A DNA stretch of 64,000 nt from contig OX597824.1 in NCBI GenBank assembly GCA_951406725.2, positions 61,938,001 to 62,002,000 on the forward strand, read 5' to 3'. How positions within the stretch are numbered: position 1 is the first letter of the stretch; each line of letters opens with the position of its first letter. A program made the position numbers and the translations under genes. Below are positions 1 to 11,899 of this stretch, in pieces. Source of the DNA: Octopus vulgaris. Taxonomy: Eukaryota. Below the pieces are notes generated by a model. That model worked only from the letters and a program-made list of their open reading frames with translations. It did no database searches and was not told the origin of the DNA.

Positions 1-136
1 CAGGGAGTTCATGTAATCCACGGACTGCTGCCTCCTAAAATCGCTATCCTCTCTGCTAAAATTTGAAAATATCATCATCATCAGCAGCAGCAGCATCACA
101 CCATCGTCGTCGTCATCAGCGTCATCATCATCGTCA

Positions 137-213
<77 letters not shown>

Positions 214-224
214 ATTATTATTAT

Positions 225-360
225 TGAGTGAGAGAGCAGTGTATTATATCATAGTGACACTGAGGTAAAAGATACAAAACCCAATATACCCGTCATGCCT
301 ACCGTCTCATAAGGGTATACCAGGCACATGGAACACAACCATATTTGCACAACATAGTTG
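225..360 (-). mobile_element. 3' ~135 bp of the ~550-bp TAA-associated non-coding element, followed by (TAA)n on the minus strand
   Basis: tgagtgagagagcag...gtgacactg...aagggtataccaggcacatg matches 49548-49680; abuts (TTA)n at 140-224. Confidence 0.8.
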
Positions 361-2110
361 TGACATACTCTATTCTCTATGTTTACTTTTACTAAATCAG
401 GAATTCTAGCTTTTATTACTCTCTCGGTCTCAATGCTTATATTCCTTACCTTATATCTTTTACTTTCTAGTACTTTACTGAGTTCATGTTTATATCAGTT
501 ATCAGTATGGTCGAATCCTAGCTTTCTACATTACACCCAGTGGATATGTCTTTTCCGGTACTTTTCCTGTTCCTTCATGTTACATTTACTAAATGTATGA
601 GTAACTCTCTCCTCCTTTGATTTGCATTATCTTCATGAAAATCTACTTGATTTTTATCTATCTTGGCTTTTATCTAATTAGTTTTTAATGCCTGATCTAC
701 TTTCTAATTCTTCATGCCAAAACTAATTAACTCTCTTACGTTGGCTTTAGTACTGAATATTCTGAAATATTCATTTATCCATGAGTGTGGAATCATGTCA
801 TAGGATTTCTTATAATCTATCTACACTTTTGTTAAATTGTTCTGTCTAGATTTTACTTCGATTAGGCCTGCTTTGCCTATGTACAACAGCTCATTCGTTC
901 ATCTAGCCTTCTTCCTGTAACATTTCTGTTCTTCTGGAAGTAAATTCTGGCTGTCAAGTTGCTCATAAATGCTTTCTGAAAGCATTCCTATAAACAGTTC
1001 CTGTGCCAATGGTAAGCAAGTGATTGTTCTTAAATTACTAGCAATATTGCCTTTGCTTTTGTGTTTCGTATGGAGAACGGCTCTCCCTCTAGTCATCCAA
1101 GTAGCTACGACTCCTTAATTAGTTCCCTCGGTCAGTCTGCTATGTAGGATACTAAATTTCATTAATCGAAATCCTTGGACTACAGCTTATCCTGAGCCCT
1201 TCCTATTTGGCATCCGTAATAACAATTTACTCATTAATGCACTAGTTTGTTTTAGATCTGACTACCCCTTACTAACCACTACTTCTTTCACTTTCTCTAA
1301 CTATACAGCGTCTCCATTATGCTTAAATGGCTTATCCCCGATATCACCCGACAAATTCCTAGCTTCCTCTGCATTAGGTTTCTCATCTCCATTAGTTTCT
1401 TCTAATCTATTCATTTCGTGATAAAATCTCTTCTGGTCTGTCTCAAACAATCTGCTCTTTTCAGATGCCTGGAAAGCTAACCTGCCATTGCTATGATACG
1501 CTGTTTCAGTTCTTCTATGGCTATTCTAAATTCTTTCTCCTTGACTAAGGCGAAGATTTAAATCTTGTGCGTCCTAATTCGTCTTGTTTTCAGGCTTCTT
1601 ATTCTTGTCTTAAATCTTAAATCAATTTTCTAATATTCTTTTCCATATCTTTTCCTTCCTCTTCTTTTTCTGAGGAACACCATTTCTGCTAGTATCTACT
1701 ACCTCTCCTGGATAAATCAATATATTAATGTCAGCTATATCTTTAATGTCTACACAAAATATACTTCTTTCTATTAACACCTTTCAATGTTGTTAATTAT
1801 TCCTTTTCTTCTTTATTCATTGTTTCCTTCAATTCATCCAAAATCTTTCTCACTTATTTCGCACGTGACGCAATTATATTTTCTCGTATGCTGTATTTTG
1901 ACTTGAACTACATCACTTATGCTGTTTGGCTGCTCTACTTGATCTCCCTTTGTTTAGTTCTGTTCTGATCTCTTCTTACTCTAATTCTGTCAACCACTCT
2001 TTTCTCCTAAATGCACTAGCCTGGTCCAACAGTCACTCTGCTCTGTTGCTTCAAACATCTATTTTTTACGCAAAGTGCTTACGTGTGTTAGCACTTTTGA
2101 TAAAATAGGG
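361..2110 (-). pseudogene. Decayed, internally deleted R4/Dong-clade non-LTR retrotransposon ORF
   Basis: Minus-strand translation gives N-terminal EQ.LLDQASAFRRKEWL (~2030), RT segments NLRTITCL and LLPEEQK (ORF 899-1096) and IDYKKSYDMIPHSW (~780-825), then DQALKTN, a degenerate CCHC, IHW..CRKLG and KARIPDLV (RLE). Order matches the ORF at 45708. Confidence 0.85.
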
Positions 2111-2127
2111 ACCTATAATACCCCCAG

Positions 2128-2200
<73 letters not shown>
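2128..2200. repeat. (CTA)n microsatellite
   Basis: Direct reading. Confidence 0.95.
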
Positions 2201-2201
<1 letters not shown>

Positions 2202-2659
2202 TCGTCATCATCATTCAATTGTTCCCGAAACCTAATCTTTATATGCTACTGCTATATATCGTTCATGAGTCCAAATGAATTTACGATTTCCAAGTTAGAC
2301 CGAATCTGTTAATTTACACAAACATTTATTTTAAGGATGAACATTTTGTCTCCTTGTCTTTGTTCAGATGTATATCCCTTGCAACTCTGGACTTTTATGA
2401 GATTATAAGAGGAATTATTTCTACTGGATTTAGTTCACTATTGTCTCATGATATAAATTACTCTTAAATTTGTGTACATAGTTCATACCTGTATTCATGG
2501 GTGATTTTTAGAAGTTCCGCTCTGACTCATATCATTCGGCATTCAGAAGCTGTAGGAACCAATCTACAATAGTTTAATTTTAACTCGTCTAGCGTCGCTG
2601 ACTCTTCGCATGTAGCTACAACGTGTTTTCATATTTTACACAACCGACTTGGGATGCAT

Positions 2660-3078
2660 TCTTTTATCCTTTTCCTTTTAATGGCTTTAGTCATTTAGCT
2701 GTGACCATGCTGTGACACACTCTTCAGGAATTTTGTACTAATCGACCCCAATAGTCTTTTCTATATTTTTAAAACCTGGTACGTATTCTATCTTTCTCTT
2801 TTGCCAAATCACTGAAGTACGTGGACGTAAACGCACTATCACTGGTCGTAAAGCGGCGAGGCGGGGGAGAAACACAAACGCAAAGAAGGGTGTACCCCCC
2901 CACACACACACATACAACGGGTTACCTTCAGTCTCCGTGTACCGAATCCAGTCACAAGGCTTTGATCGGTCTGAGCTTTTAGTAGATCACAATTTCCCAA
3001 GTTGTCCCGTTGTGGGAGTGAAAACGAAATCATGTGAATGCAAAGCAAACTTCTCACCACACATCCATGCCTGCGCCT
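2660..3078 (-). mobile_element. tRNA-derived SINE, family A, diverged
   Basis: Similar to 10612-11563 and 16545-16719, with internal (CA)n; 5' end aggcgcaggc. Confidence 0.8.
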
Positions 3079-3354
3079 GCGATAGTTCCTTATAAATATC
3101 TTCTTTACCTCATTATATTTCTCTAAACAGATAATTCACTTAAACATTACTATTGAATTTTTTTAGACTAACGCTGATGAGCGTAGCCTTATCAAGTCCA
3201 ACGTATCACTGCGTAACGACAAGTCACTGATAATGTTTCTGCAATTTTAAAAGTTTAATTAAATCAACAAAACCATCTCTTAACTTCCCAAATCTATATA
3301 ATCTCTAATTGTACAACATGCCTTTCTCCCAAAAAAGAGTAATTTCTTAAACAA

Positions 3355-3890
3355 AATACGTAAACATACATACGTATGTACGTACATTCACGTACGTACT
3401 TACATTCATACGTACGTACATACATACATACGCATATACATACATACCTACGTACGTATGTTCATACATACACACATACAGTCATATATACATGTATACA
3501 GAAAACAAACATACAGATATACAAACATATATACATATGTCCTACGTATATACGTATGAATGCATACAAACTTATATGCATGCATGCATGCATCCATACA
3601 TAGATAGTTATATGCATACATATATGCATGCATGTATACATACGTACATACGTATTACATACGTACGCATATCTATATATATACATGCGTACAAACACAC
3701 GTGCTTGCATACATACTTATACACATATATGCATGCGTGTATACGTACATACGTACCACATGCACAGATACTTGCATACACACATACATATGCATACATA
3801 CATGTATAGCTACATACACACACATACATACATGCATGCATACATACATACATACATACATACATACATACATTCATACATACATAAATG
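3355..3890. repeat. Degenerate (TACA)n/(CATA)n/(TACG)n simple-repeat tract
   Basis: Direct reading; source of the YIHT/MYVC pseudo-ORFs. Confidence 0.95.
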
Positions 3891-6800
3891 CCTAAGTACA
3901 TCTATATGTATGCAAAGAGAAACAAGGAAATCATTTAAAAACAGGAAATAATTTTCTGTTACACTTCCAAAATAAAGCGCGATCTCTGTATGTTTGTTCA
4001 TTAATCATTATTATTAAAAACCCACCAAACTATTGATCTTCTCTAATGCTACAGCGGAAAGTTAATGCCCGATATTTTAAAAGTTTCTTAGATAAAAATA
4101 ACATGACTACTCATATATTTAGAGTCAGCAATGTTAAATTTAGGCTATTGATTTCCTTTTTCTCACACGTACGTCATCAATGTGTGGCGTAGAAATAGAT
4201 TTTCTTTGCCACAGAATCATATTGACCCCAATCCTCTCCTTTTCTTTATCATTGTAAATCTTTTTGCCTCCAAGTGTTTATAGACACACGTACATAGATA
4301 CACATATACGTATGCATGTATGCAAGTATGTACGTACGTAAATACAAATATGTATATTTATTTGTACACACCAAAATTCGCTCATACGCAAAATACTTAC
4401 ACTTGTATATACATAAATAGGGTAACATGCGAGGGAGTGGAAAGAGTATTACTGGTGAAATGTAGCTCAGTACAACTTGGTAACGTGTCTACGTCTAGCC
4501 TCGTAATGCTACCAAGCTGGCTTGGAGAGCATTATGATTTTTTTTAATACCATAGTGATGAAAGATATGAATTGCCAAAAAACTGATGAACGCAAAGGAC
4601 TCAATCGTCTTCCAGTAATTTGTTTTCAGGAAGATGAAATCTTTGTGCATAACTGTTTTAACTGCAGTTAAGTGAGGCATGGGGAAAATAGATAAACATA
4701 TCTACAACTTGAAAACTGGTGATGACTGGCCGATGAGGGTGACATACGGAGACACTGGATTAAAGATACGATGCGCGGCGAACAACTGGAATGTTGGTTT
4801 ATGGTCATATCAAATTAGAAGATACTGCGAGGTTTATAGTTACCTTCAGTAACTGTGATAGACTTACAGTCTCATACAGAGTTGCTTTGAATTTATTTTG
4901 CAATGGAAATATCGTGTGAGAACGTGAGAGTGACGTACGTTTAGTTCTTTCTTACTTTCTATTGTTCTAATGTCTGTGCCAAGCAAGTATGATTGGGTGG
5001 CACAAATATACAACTATAGGTAAAATATTCTTGTTGTGGTGTCTGCAGCATTCCACACATCAGCACTAATAAAACGGTACTAATCCATAGTTTCAGTCTC
5101 ATAGAATACGAAGTTAGGCGGCAACTATCTAGTTCACTGCCCGTTCCCTATGTGACTACATCTCTTGCTGAAGATCAGCTTCGTCAATCGTGGTCTGGAT
5201 TAGTGAACATTGATTAATTAAACTTCCTGGACCCACAGATGATGAACAACTCATTGCAGAATTGACGATATCCCATATTTCTAAATGCCCACACCCCGAG
5301 AGTCTAAAGTCGCTCGTAAGATATATTGTAAAAACTAGTGCATTAATCCACCTCTTCCTAATTAATTTATACAGAAAGCAAAGAAAACATCATTAAATGA
5401 ATATGAAACAAACAAGTTTGGGTCAATAATTTTCTTCATTATCTGATGTTACAAGCCACGTGATGTCTGATTGCATTAACATACGCATATACACACATGC
5501 ATACACACAAGCACACACAATTGCACAAATACACATATCATAGAATATCTGGTAGTATATATACATAAGAGAATATCTACAGTAAGATTAATTAGAATTC
5601 TACGCCTACGACATCCATGTGTTGATTAATGGTGGCTGCCATGTCTATAAATAAATTTAGAACTCAGAACTGATACAGTCAAAAGTAATACCACGAAGTA
5701 TCCCGTCAGATGGTCTGAGAATTACACCAATTCACCACTCTTATTTGGCAATTTATTCTGCTTCAATTAATTTGGCTCCGACAATGGGCTTGACATAATT
5801 TGATATAGCGCAGACAGACAACAGAATTGCGCCAGGTATTTTGTTCTAAACTCTTAGGATTATTCCAGTTCTACTGAGATTATTTAAAGGTGTGAATAAG
5901 AGAAATATATAATATACACCTCTAGGTGTTTGCGAAAATCGAGGCCGAAGATCTGTATTTCATAAACCTTGCCATCTACGTTTATATATTTATCAAGGAG
6001 CACTTATATTTGTAGAAAAATGTTGGTGTTAAACTTTCTGAGTTTAGAATAAATCTTCATCACTAAATATACACTTTCCTTTAAATATTTTATGCTTTCC
6101 TTTGCTATCACTTAAAACTATTCTCTATCCTCTGGTGTTTCCAATCAAATAAATCAACATTTTCAATTAACACTCTTTTGAAATAACTTCTGTTTGAAAT
6201 CCTTATAGCTCTCTACCACTTCGTCATATGAAATGTGTGAATGAAATATTAGCTGCTCCCACTGAGATATATCCGTACCTCGGTTTTAGCTTATATTCCG
6301 TATCACTCTGCTAATAATATTAAGGATAGAGTGAAAATTTCTGAATTTTATTTTCACTAACCAATAAATGTCATCTGTTATGCAAACGGCAAATTATCAT
6401 CATTCAACTTCGTGGTCTTTGTTTGCACTATATTATAACATTATTCTATTATTTTTATTTATTGTCTATCAGAGAAGATAATTAATAGTTTTCCTAGACC
6501 ATAAATCATTCTTTACAGCTTGAGACATAACCAAGTGTTATGAAGTCTGTTTCGTAATCACTAGGTTCCAAGTTCGATTCAACGTCATGTTATTTTGAGT
6601 TATTTTCAGTAAATTTCTTTCACAGTTTCTACAGTTCCTAGTGTTACTTATTTATTTAACTAGATGATTTTGAAGGAAGGAGAATGCCATTGTTCCCATA
6701 CGTTTTGTATGTTGTCTAAGACCGATGAACTCGATGCCACAATGTATCGTTTCAAGCATTGTACGCTAACACTTGCAGGCTTGAGATAATTCGGCAAAAT

Positions 6801-7179
6801 GTCCAGTGGGTCGAACTTCCGAAGGACTAGACTTAACGATCTAATCTTGGAGGGTTGGATACAAAATGCAGGACGAATGGTTTGCGTGTCTAACCAACCA
6901 TCTCCAATCAACAACATTCATTATCATAATCATGTACAAGACAGTGAAAAGAGATAGCTCGCTTGCGGATCGGAGGCCGAAATGTGTTTGTTAGTGATTA
7001 TAACAATAATCTTTCGAGTGACACTTCACTTTATTTGTCTGTTTAGCAGCAGCAAAGTTTCAAATATGGGAGCAGAACGTCGTGGTTATCTTCATTTGAA
7101 CCATATAAACTGTCAGAAACTGTTGTGAGCTGAAATGTTTCCTGTCGATGTAAAGAAGGGACTTCTTCGGCATGCAATC

Positions 7180-7323
7180 CAAGCTTTGTTACAAAACTAC
7201 ATGATTTAGAATTCAATCCGTATGTGTAGCATCTTGCGCAAGTGTCTTCTATTACAACCTCGGGCCAACCTAAGCCTTGTGAGTGGATATGTCAGACGGA
7301 AATTGAAAGAAGTCCATCGTATA
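7180..7323 (+). mobile_element. SINE family A fragment (matching 3' tail at ~7645-7690)
   Basis: caagtgtcttctat...gccttgtgagtggat...gacggaaattgaaagaag is the reverse complement of the family A body. Confidence 0.7.
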
Positions 7324-7547
7324 GTAAATGCCAAACGCTTTAATGGAAGTCTAAAGTCAAACTACTTCAATATGTATAAAGGCGCGCCGACTTGGAAGTA
7401 ATGAAACCAGAAATTTCTTCAATAAAAAAGAGGTTTAGTTGTATACCATTAAAGATTTTGTGGGTAACCATGTATTACCAGGTTCTCCGCTCATCAGTAC
7501 AAGCATAACTGGGATATAAACGCACATACACACATACTCACTGAAAC

Positions 7548-7621
<74 letters not shown>

Positions 7622-8039
7622 GATTCTTCTAGGCGGTTCCCTAGTCAGGCCGGAGTCTAATGACTGGAACAAGTAGACGATAAAGGATAATATTCTCTTC
7701 CGAAGTGTGGGTGTTGTTCGATTGGCGATAAGTAAATCATTGCTGAACAGATGTAAATGTGCTGAGAATAAAAACCGTGTATTGAGGGATTCAAGGGATG
7801 AATTTGAATAGAACAGAAATACTTCCGTCAATACATGCCATGACTGTGCAATCTGAAGGGCAGTTACCGACCTAAGAGATAAGAGAAGTGTGGAGGTAAG
7901 AGTGGAGCTAGAAAACCTGATCTGCAACACAGACAAAGCCGAACGCTTTGATGACATACAAAGCAACACTATTCTTGCCAAAATATAAGATGAGCAACAT
8001 AAGCGTGTTGGTATCCAGTGGATCTGGCTCAGTTGAAAC

Positions 8040-8231
8040 AGTTCTGGTGGTTACACACGCTACACACCTTCTTTCTAAGCACTGCCGTAAGCGGTAGAAG
8101 TACGTTAGAACGTTGAAACTTCGTGCACATGCACAACAGCGTTTAAGGTCAATTTGTGCCCAGTGGCTTTATTCTCCGTGCTTTGGCTTCGTTAATATGG
8201 CAACAGTCCGGATACTTACTGATCAGACTAC

Positions 8232-8233
<2 letters not shown>
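8040..8233. mobile_element. Solo end of the long-TIR non-autonomous mariner family also at 50749-51544
   Basis: gttagaacgttgaaactt...ggatacttactgatcagactacgta aligns with 51415-51546 and ends in TA. Confidence 0.75.
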
Positions 8234-8281
<48 letters not shown>

Positions 8282-8287
<6 letters not shown>

Positions 8288-8570
8288 GAAAAATACAAAC
8301 TGGGACAAGAACGCAAACATTTAGAAGACGATACAAAAAACACGGACGGGACATTCGAAGCCTTCAATCTTCAGTCAAGAACCGGATCATCCTCGCAATT
8401 TCGGCTGTGCGAGAATGATCCGGTTCTTGACTGAAGATTGAAGGCTTCGAATGTCCCGTCCGTGTTTTTTGTATCGTCTTCTAAATGTTTTACTTTCTTG
8501 TCCCAGTTTGTATTTTTCTACATACAATATATATAGCGGCGCCCGTACCCTCTTTGGCCTTGTATGTAAT
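8282..8570. repeat. Foldback element: ~116-bp near-perfect inverted repeat with a 10-nt loop plus a ~45-bp flank, in (TA)n
   Basis: Arms 8282-8397 and 8408-8524 are reverse complements; the same arms and flank occur at 42120-42909. Confidence 0.9.
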
Positions 8571-9925
8571 TATATATATATATATATAATATACATGAGT
8601 AAATATATGCGTGTGTGAGTGAGTGTGAATGTGTGTGTAGGAAACAAGAAAAAAGGAAGGGGAGAGAATTTTTAGTGGAATTTAAACGTAAGCATCACAT
8701 CTGTTTACACAGTATTTTCTTGGATAGAGGAAGAGTGATCAGCCAGATTAACTCCAGTCACGTTGTGGGATGTGATCAACGACTGGGCGCCCTCTTTAAA
8801 TATCGACAGTGATTCATTTTGTATCACACCTATTGTAAGGGTGTAAAGAAATCGATTGGTTACATCTGCTTAGATACTGAATAAAATAGATATAGCCCTT
8901 TCTTTCGAATGTTATTACACTAGAACAAATACGGTTAATGCACCAGTAATTTCGTTTTCCTTATTTCTAAACTGTGTCGTCTTTATAGGACTAACATAGG
9001 TAGAGTACACTTGACTAGATGGCACAAATTTGTTGAGATGTTCTGGGGTTCGTCCTGCAGAGAGAGAACCTGTGGTTTAACGACAATGAAATTAAAAAAC
9101 AGCCTAGTCACAGAAACACGTATAATAGGCCCTTGATTTCGTATATAGTGTGACAAACTAAAGAACAGAAAGAAAAGATGCAGAAATGACTAGGAATTCA
9201 TTTTTTTAAAAAATATTTATAACCAGTTCTGTTTCTTTCAGCCACTTTCTCTATACATGACATATATGATAGTAAAAGAAAGTAAAAATCCTTTAGTATA
9301 AAATTGTTGTACATGTCAATATGGATTATTAACGAAAAAATATCACAGCAGGAATTCTGCTAAAGACAACAGAATTAAAGAAATATTAGCATTCGAATTC
9401 GAAGCAAAACCCTTGAAATAGAGGAAAATTTAAAAACATAAATAGCATGAAGATTGAATAAAAACGAACATGGTTTCTTTAGATATCGTTGCAATTTTAG
9501 CAGGGATTATATAATATTGATACAAGACTTATAATAAAGAGATTTAAGAAAATATTGATAACAAGTGGGTTGGGCCGTTTATCTTTTCTTATTTTTATTA
9601 ATTTCTTTCAATTCGCTTTTCTTTATTTCTTCCAAGTATTATTATTGTTGTTGTTCTTGCTGCAGCTCTTGTTGATGTTATTTATTTCTTCAGTTTAAAA
9701 AAAATTAATTCTAGTTTAATCTTTTCCTGATCCTATATAATATTGCTTTTTTATCTGTGTTCGTTTATTTCTCCTTTCATTTTGTCTTAAAATTTACATG
9801 TTTTCCTTAAGACTTTTTATGCAGTTCTAAGAAGGTTTTAATTTGAAACAATTTTGGTTAAAAAGCAGCCTACGCACACTCACACACACATACACACACG
9901 CACACACACATACACACACACACGA

Positions 9926-9957
<32 letters not shown>

Positions 9958-10904
9958 GACACATGACACACCCAAATGTGTACGTGTGTGTGTGTACATG
10001 TATATATTTAGAATTATCGTTATCATTATTACTATATCTTTTACTATATCTTCATAATCTAAAGTAACCCATTGAACATCGTTTGTGATGACTTTTATGA
10101 CTTGCATATCTAGAGGATCTCAACAAAGTCACGTTTAATATGGGTAGATTGTATTTTTTGCATATAGCTTCAGCACGATCCACATACAAACATTCGAAAT
10201 TAGGAAATTTCAAAAGGGGAAGTGAATTTACATGCGGATCGGTATACTATGTTTATTTAAGATATTTAAGTTTAATCATGATGGGACAAAGTGATCAACA
10301 TTAAAATGAATTGTATCGATTTCAGTACTAGAATGACATTTTTGTATCAGCGTCGAAAGTATGACAAAGCCGAGAGGTCTAGGATATGAGATTTGGCCGC
10401 GAAGTTATTTAATCGATAACTGAATGCATTTTATCAAACGGTCACCCTATTTAATTTCCTCTCAACCATCGGTATCCAGAACATACATACAAACATCCAA
10501 CTGAAATGGGATCGTGCTGTACAGACTGGGACTGATATGGTCTACGGAATGACCATGTCGATCTATACGGTATTTGAATTTGAAACGGAATGCGATAAAA
10601 AAATTATAACACTTACTCTTTACTCTTTTACTCTTTTACTCTTTTACTCCTTTACTTGTTTCAGTCATTTGACTGCGGCCATGCTGAAGCACCGCCTTTA
10701 GTCGAGCAAATCGACCCCAGGACTTATTCTTTGTAAGCCTATTGTTTATTCCATTGGTCACTTAGCTGAACCGCTAAGTTACGGGGGCATAAACACAACA
10801 GCATCGGTTGTCAAGCGATGTTGAGGGGACAAACACAGACACACAAACATATAGACACACATACATACATATATATATACATATATACATACATACATAC
10901 ATAT

Positions 10905-11327
10905 AACTAATGTAGGATAAAATTTTTTTCGGGAAAAAAATTTCATCAAAAAGTACCTTTAAAGGTTAAATTTATAAATAAATTACCATATAAGGTCAAA
11001 AGAAAAATTAACCATTATAATTTATGCGTCTCGAAACAAACCGATAGAAATTTCTAAAAAAATTATTACCGTATTGGACCAATTTCGGAGTTAATTCATA
11101 AGAATTTTCTCCTCTTCAGCGGCAAATACGCGAGATATAAGTGAAATACTTACTCATATCCATGGAAAAAGCAAACACCAAGTCCTGAGCAGACCTAAGT
11201 ACCCCAAATATATCCAAAATAGAAAATCTTCGGCACGTCTCGAGACACGTGTGATTCGAACTAGAAACACTCACAGAGTGATAGAATCCGGAAGTGAAAA
11301 CTAATCAATTTACAACTAATGTAGGAT

Positions 11328-11332
<5 letters not shown>
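10905..11332 (-). mobile_element. 409-bp terminally redundant non-coding element carrying a hammerhead ribozyme (retrozyme-like or Penelope pLTR-like)
   Basis: 19-bp direct repeat aactaatgtaggataaaat at 10905-10923 and 11314-11332; flanked by TA repeats; hammerhead inside. Confidence 0.7.
11070..11130 (-). ncRNA. Type I minimal hammerhead ribozyme, canonical core
   Basis: Minus strand reads cgtatttgccg CTGAAGA GGAG aaAATTC ttat GAATT aa CTCC GAAA ttg GTC c aatacg. It has the core, a perfect stem II, GAAA, a GUC site and distal stem I cgtatt/aatacg. Confidence 0.75.
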
Positions 11333-11417
<85 letters not shown>

Positions 11418-11899
11418 TACGACGGGTTGCTTTCAGTTTCTGCCTACCAAATCCACTCACAAGGCTTTAGTCGGACCGAGGCTATAGTAGAAGACATTTG
11501 CCCAACTGAACTTGGAACCATGTGATTGGTAAGCAAGCTACTATCACACAGCCACTCCTGCGCTTATATATATTTTGTACAATGCGTCGCTGATTCCACC
11601 AGCAGTGATTTTCCTGCATGTATGAAGCCAACGACGTTGACATTGCAAACTTGATCAATCTGCTAGAAACAATAGTCATATTGCATTGTAACACTTACAG
11701 TGAGAACGTCAGTCGATGAGGTTGATCTCAGAAGTAGTTTAGATATATGACAATAAGGTCATAGGTTGGACGATTTTTATTATAGGTCTGCCTGATCAGA
11801 GCCGACCTGGAGATAAAATAAAAACGATCGTAGATGGAACACCTGTTTGATTGAAGCTGGTTAGGAACTTAAATTATTAACGTGCACACATTTATGAAC

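Larger units (their letters stand above)
10612..11563 (-). mobile_element. SINE family A, near full length, split by an insertion in its internal (TA)n
   Basis: tRNA-like head at ~11500-11563, body 11418-11500 and 10640-10860, hexamer-like tail (ttactc)n on the plus strand. Confidence 0.85.

Noticed and set aside
3174-3200. CTGATGAGCG motif
   Set aside because: No downstream GAAA or stems
3376-4001. Many overlapping YIHT/MYVC-rich ORFs (also poly-I, N, K, R, S, T and LSIY ORFs elsewhere)
   Set aside because: Translations of stop-free microsatellites, not genes
6660-6917. 85-aa minus-strand ORF
   Set aside because: No recognisable domain, splice context or family similarity
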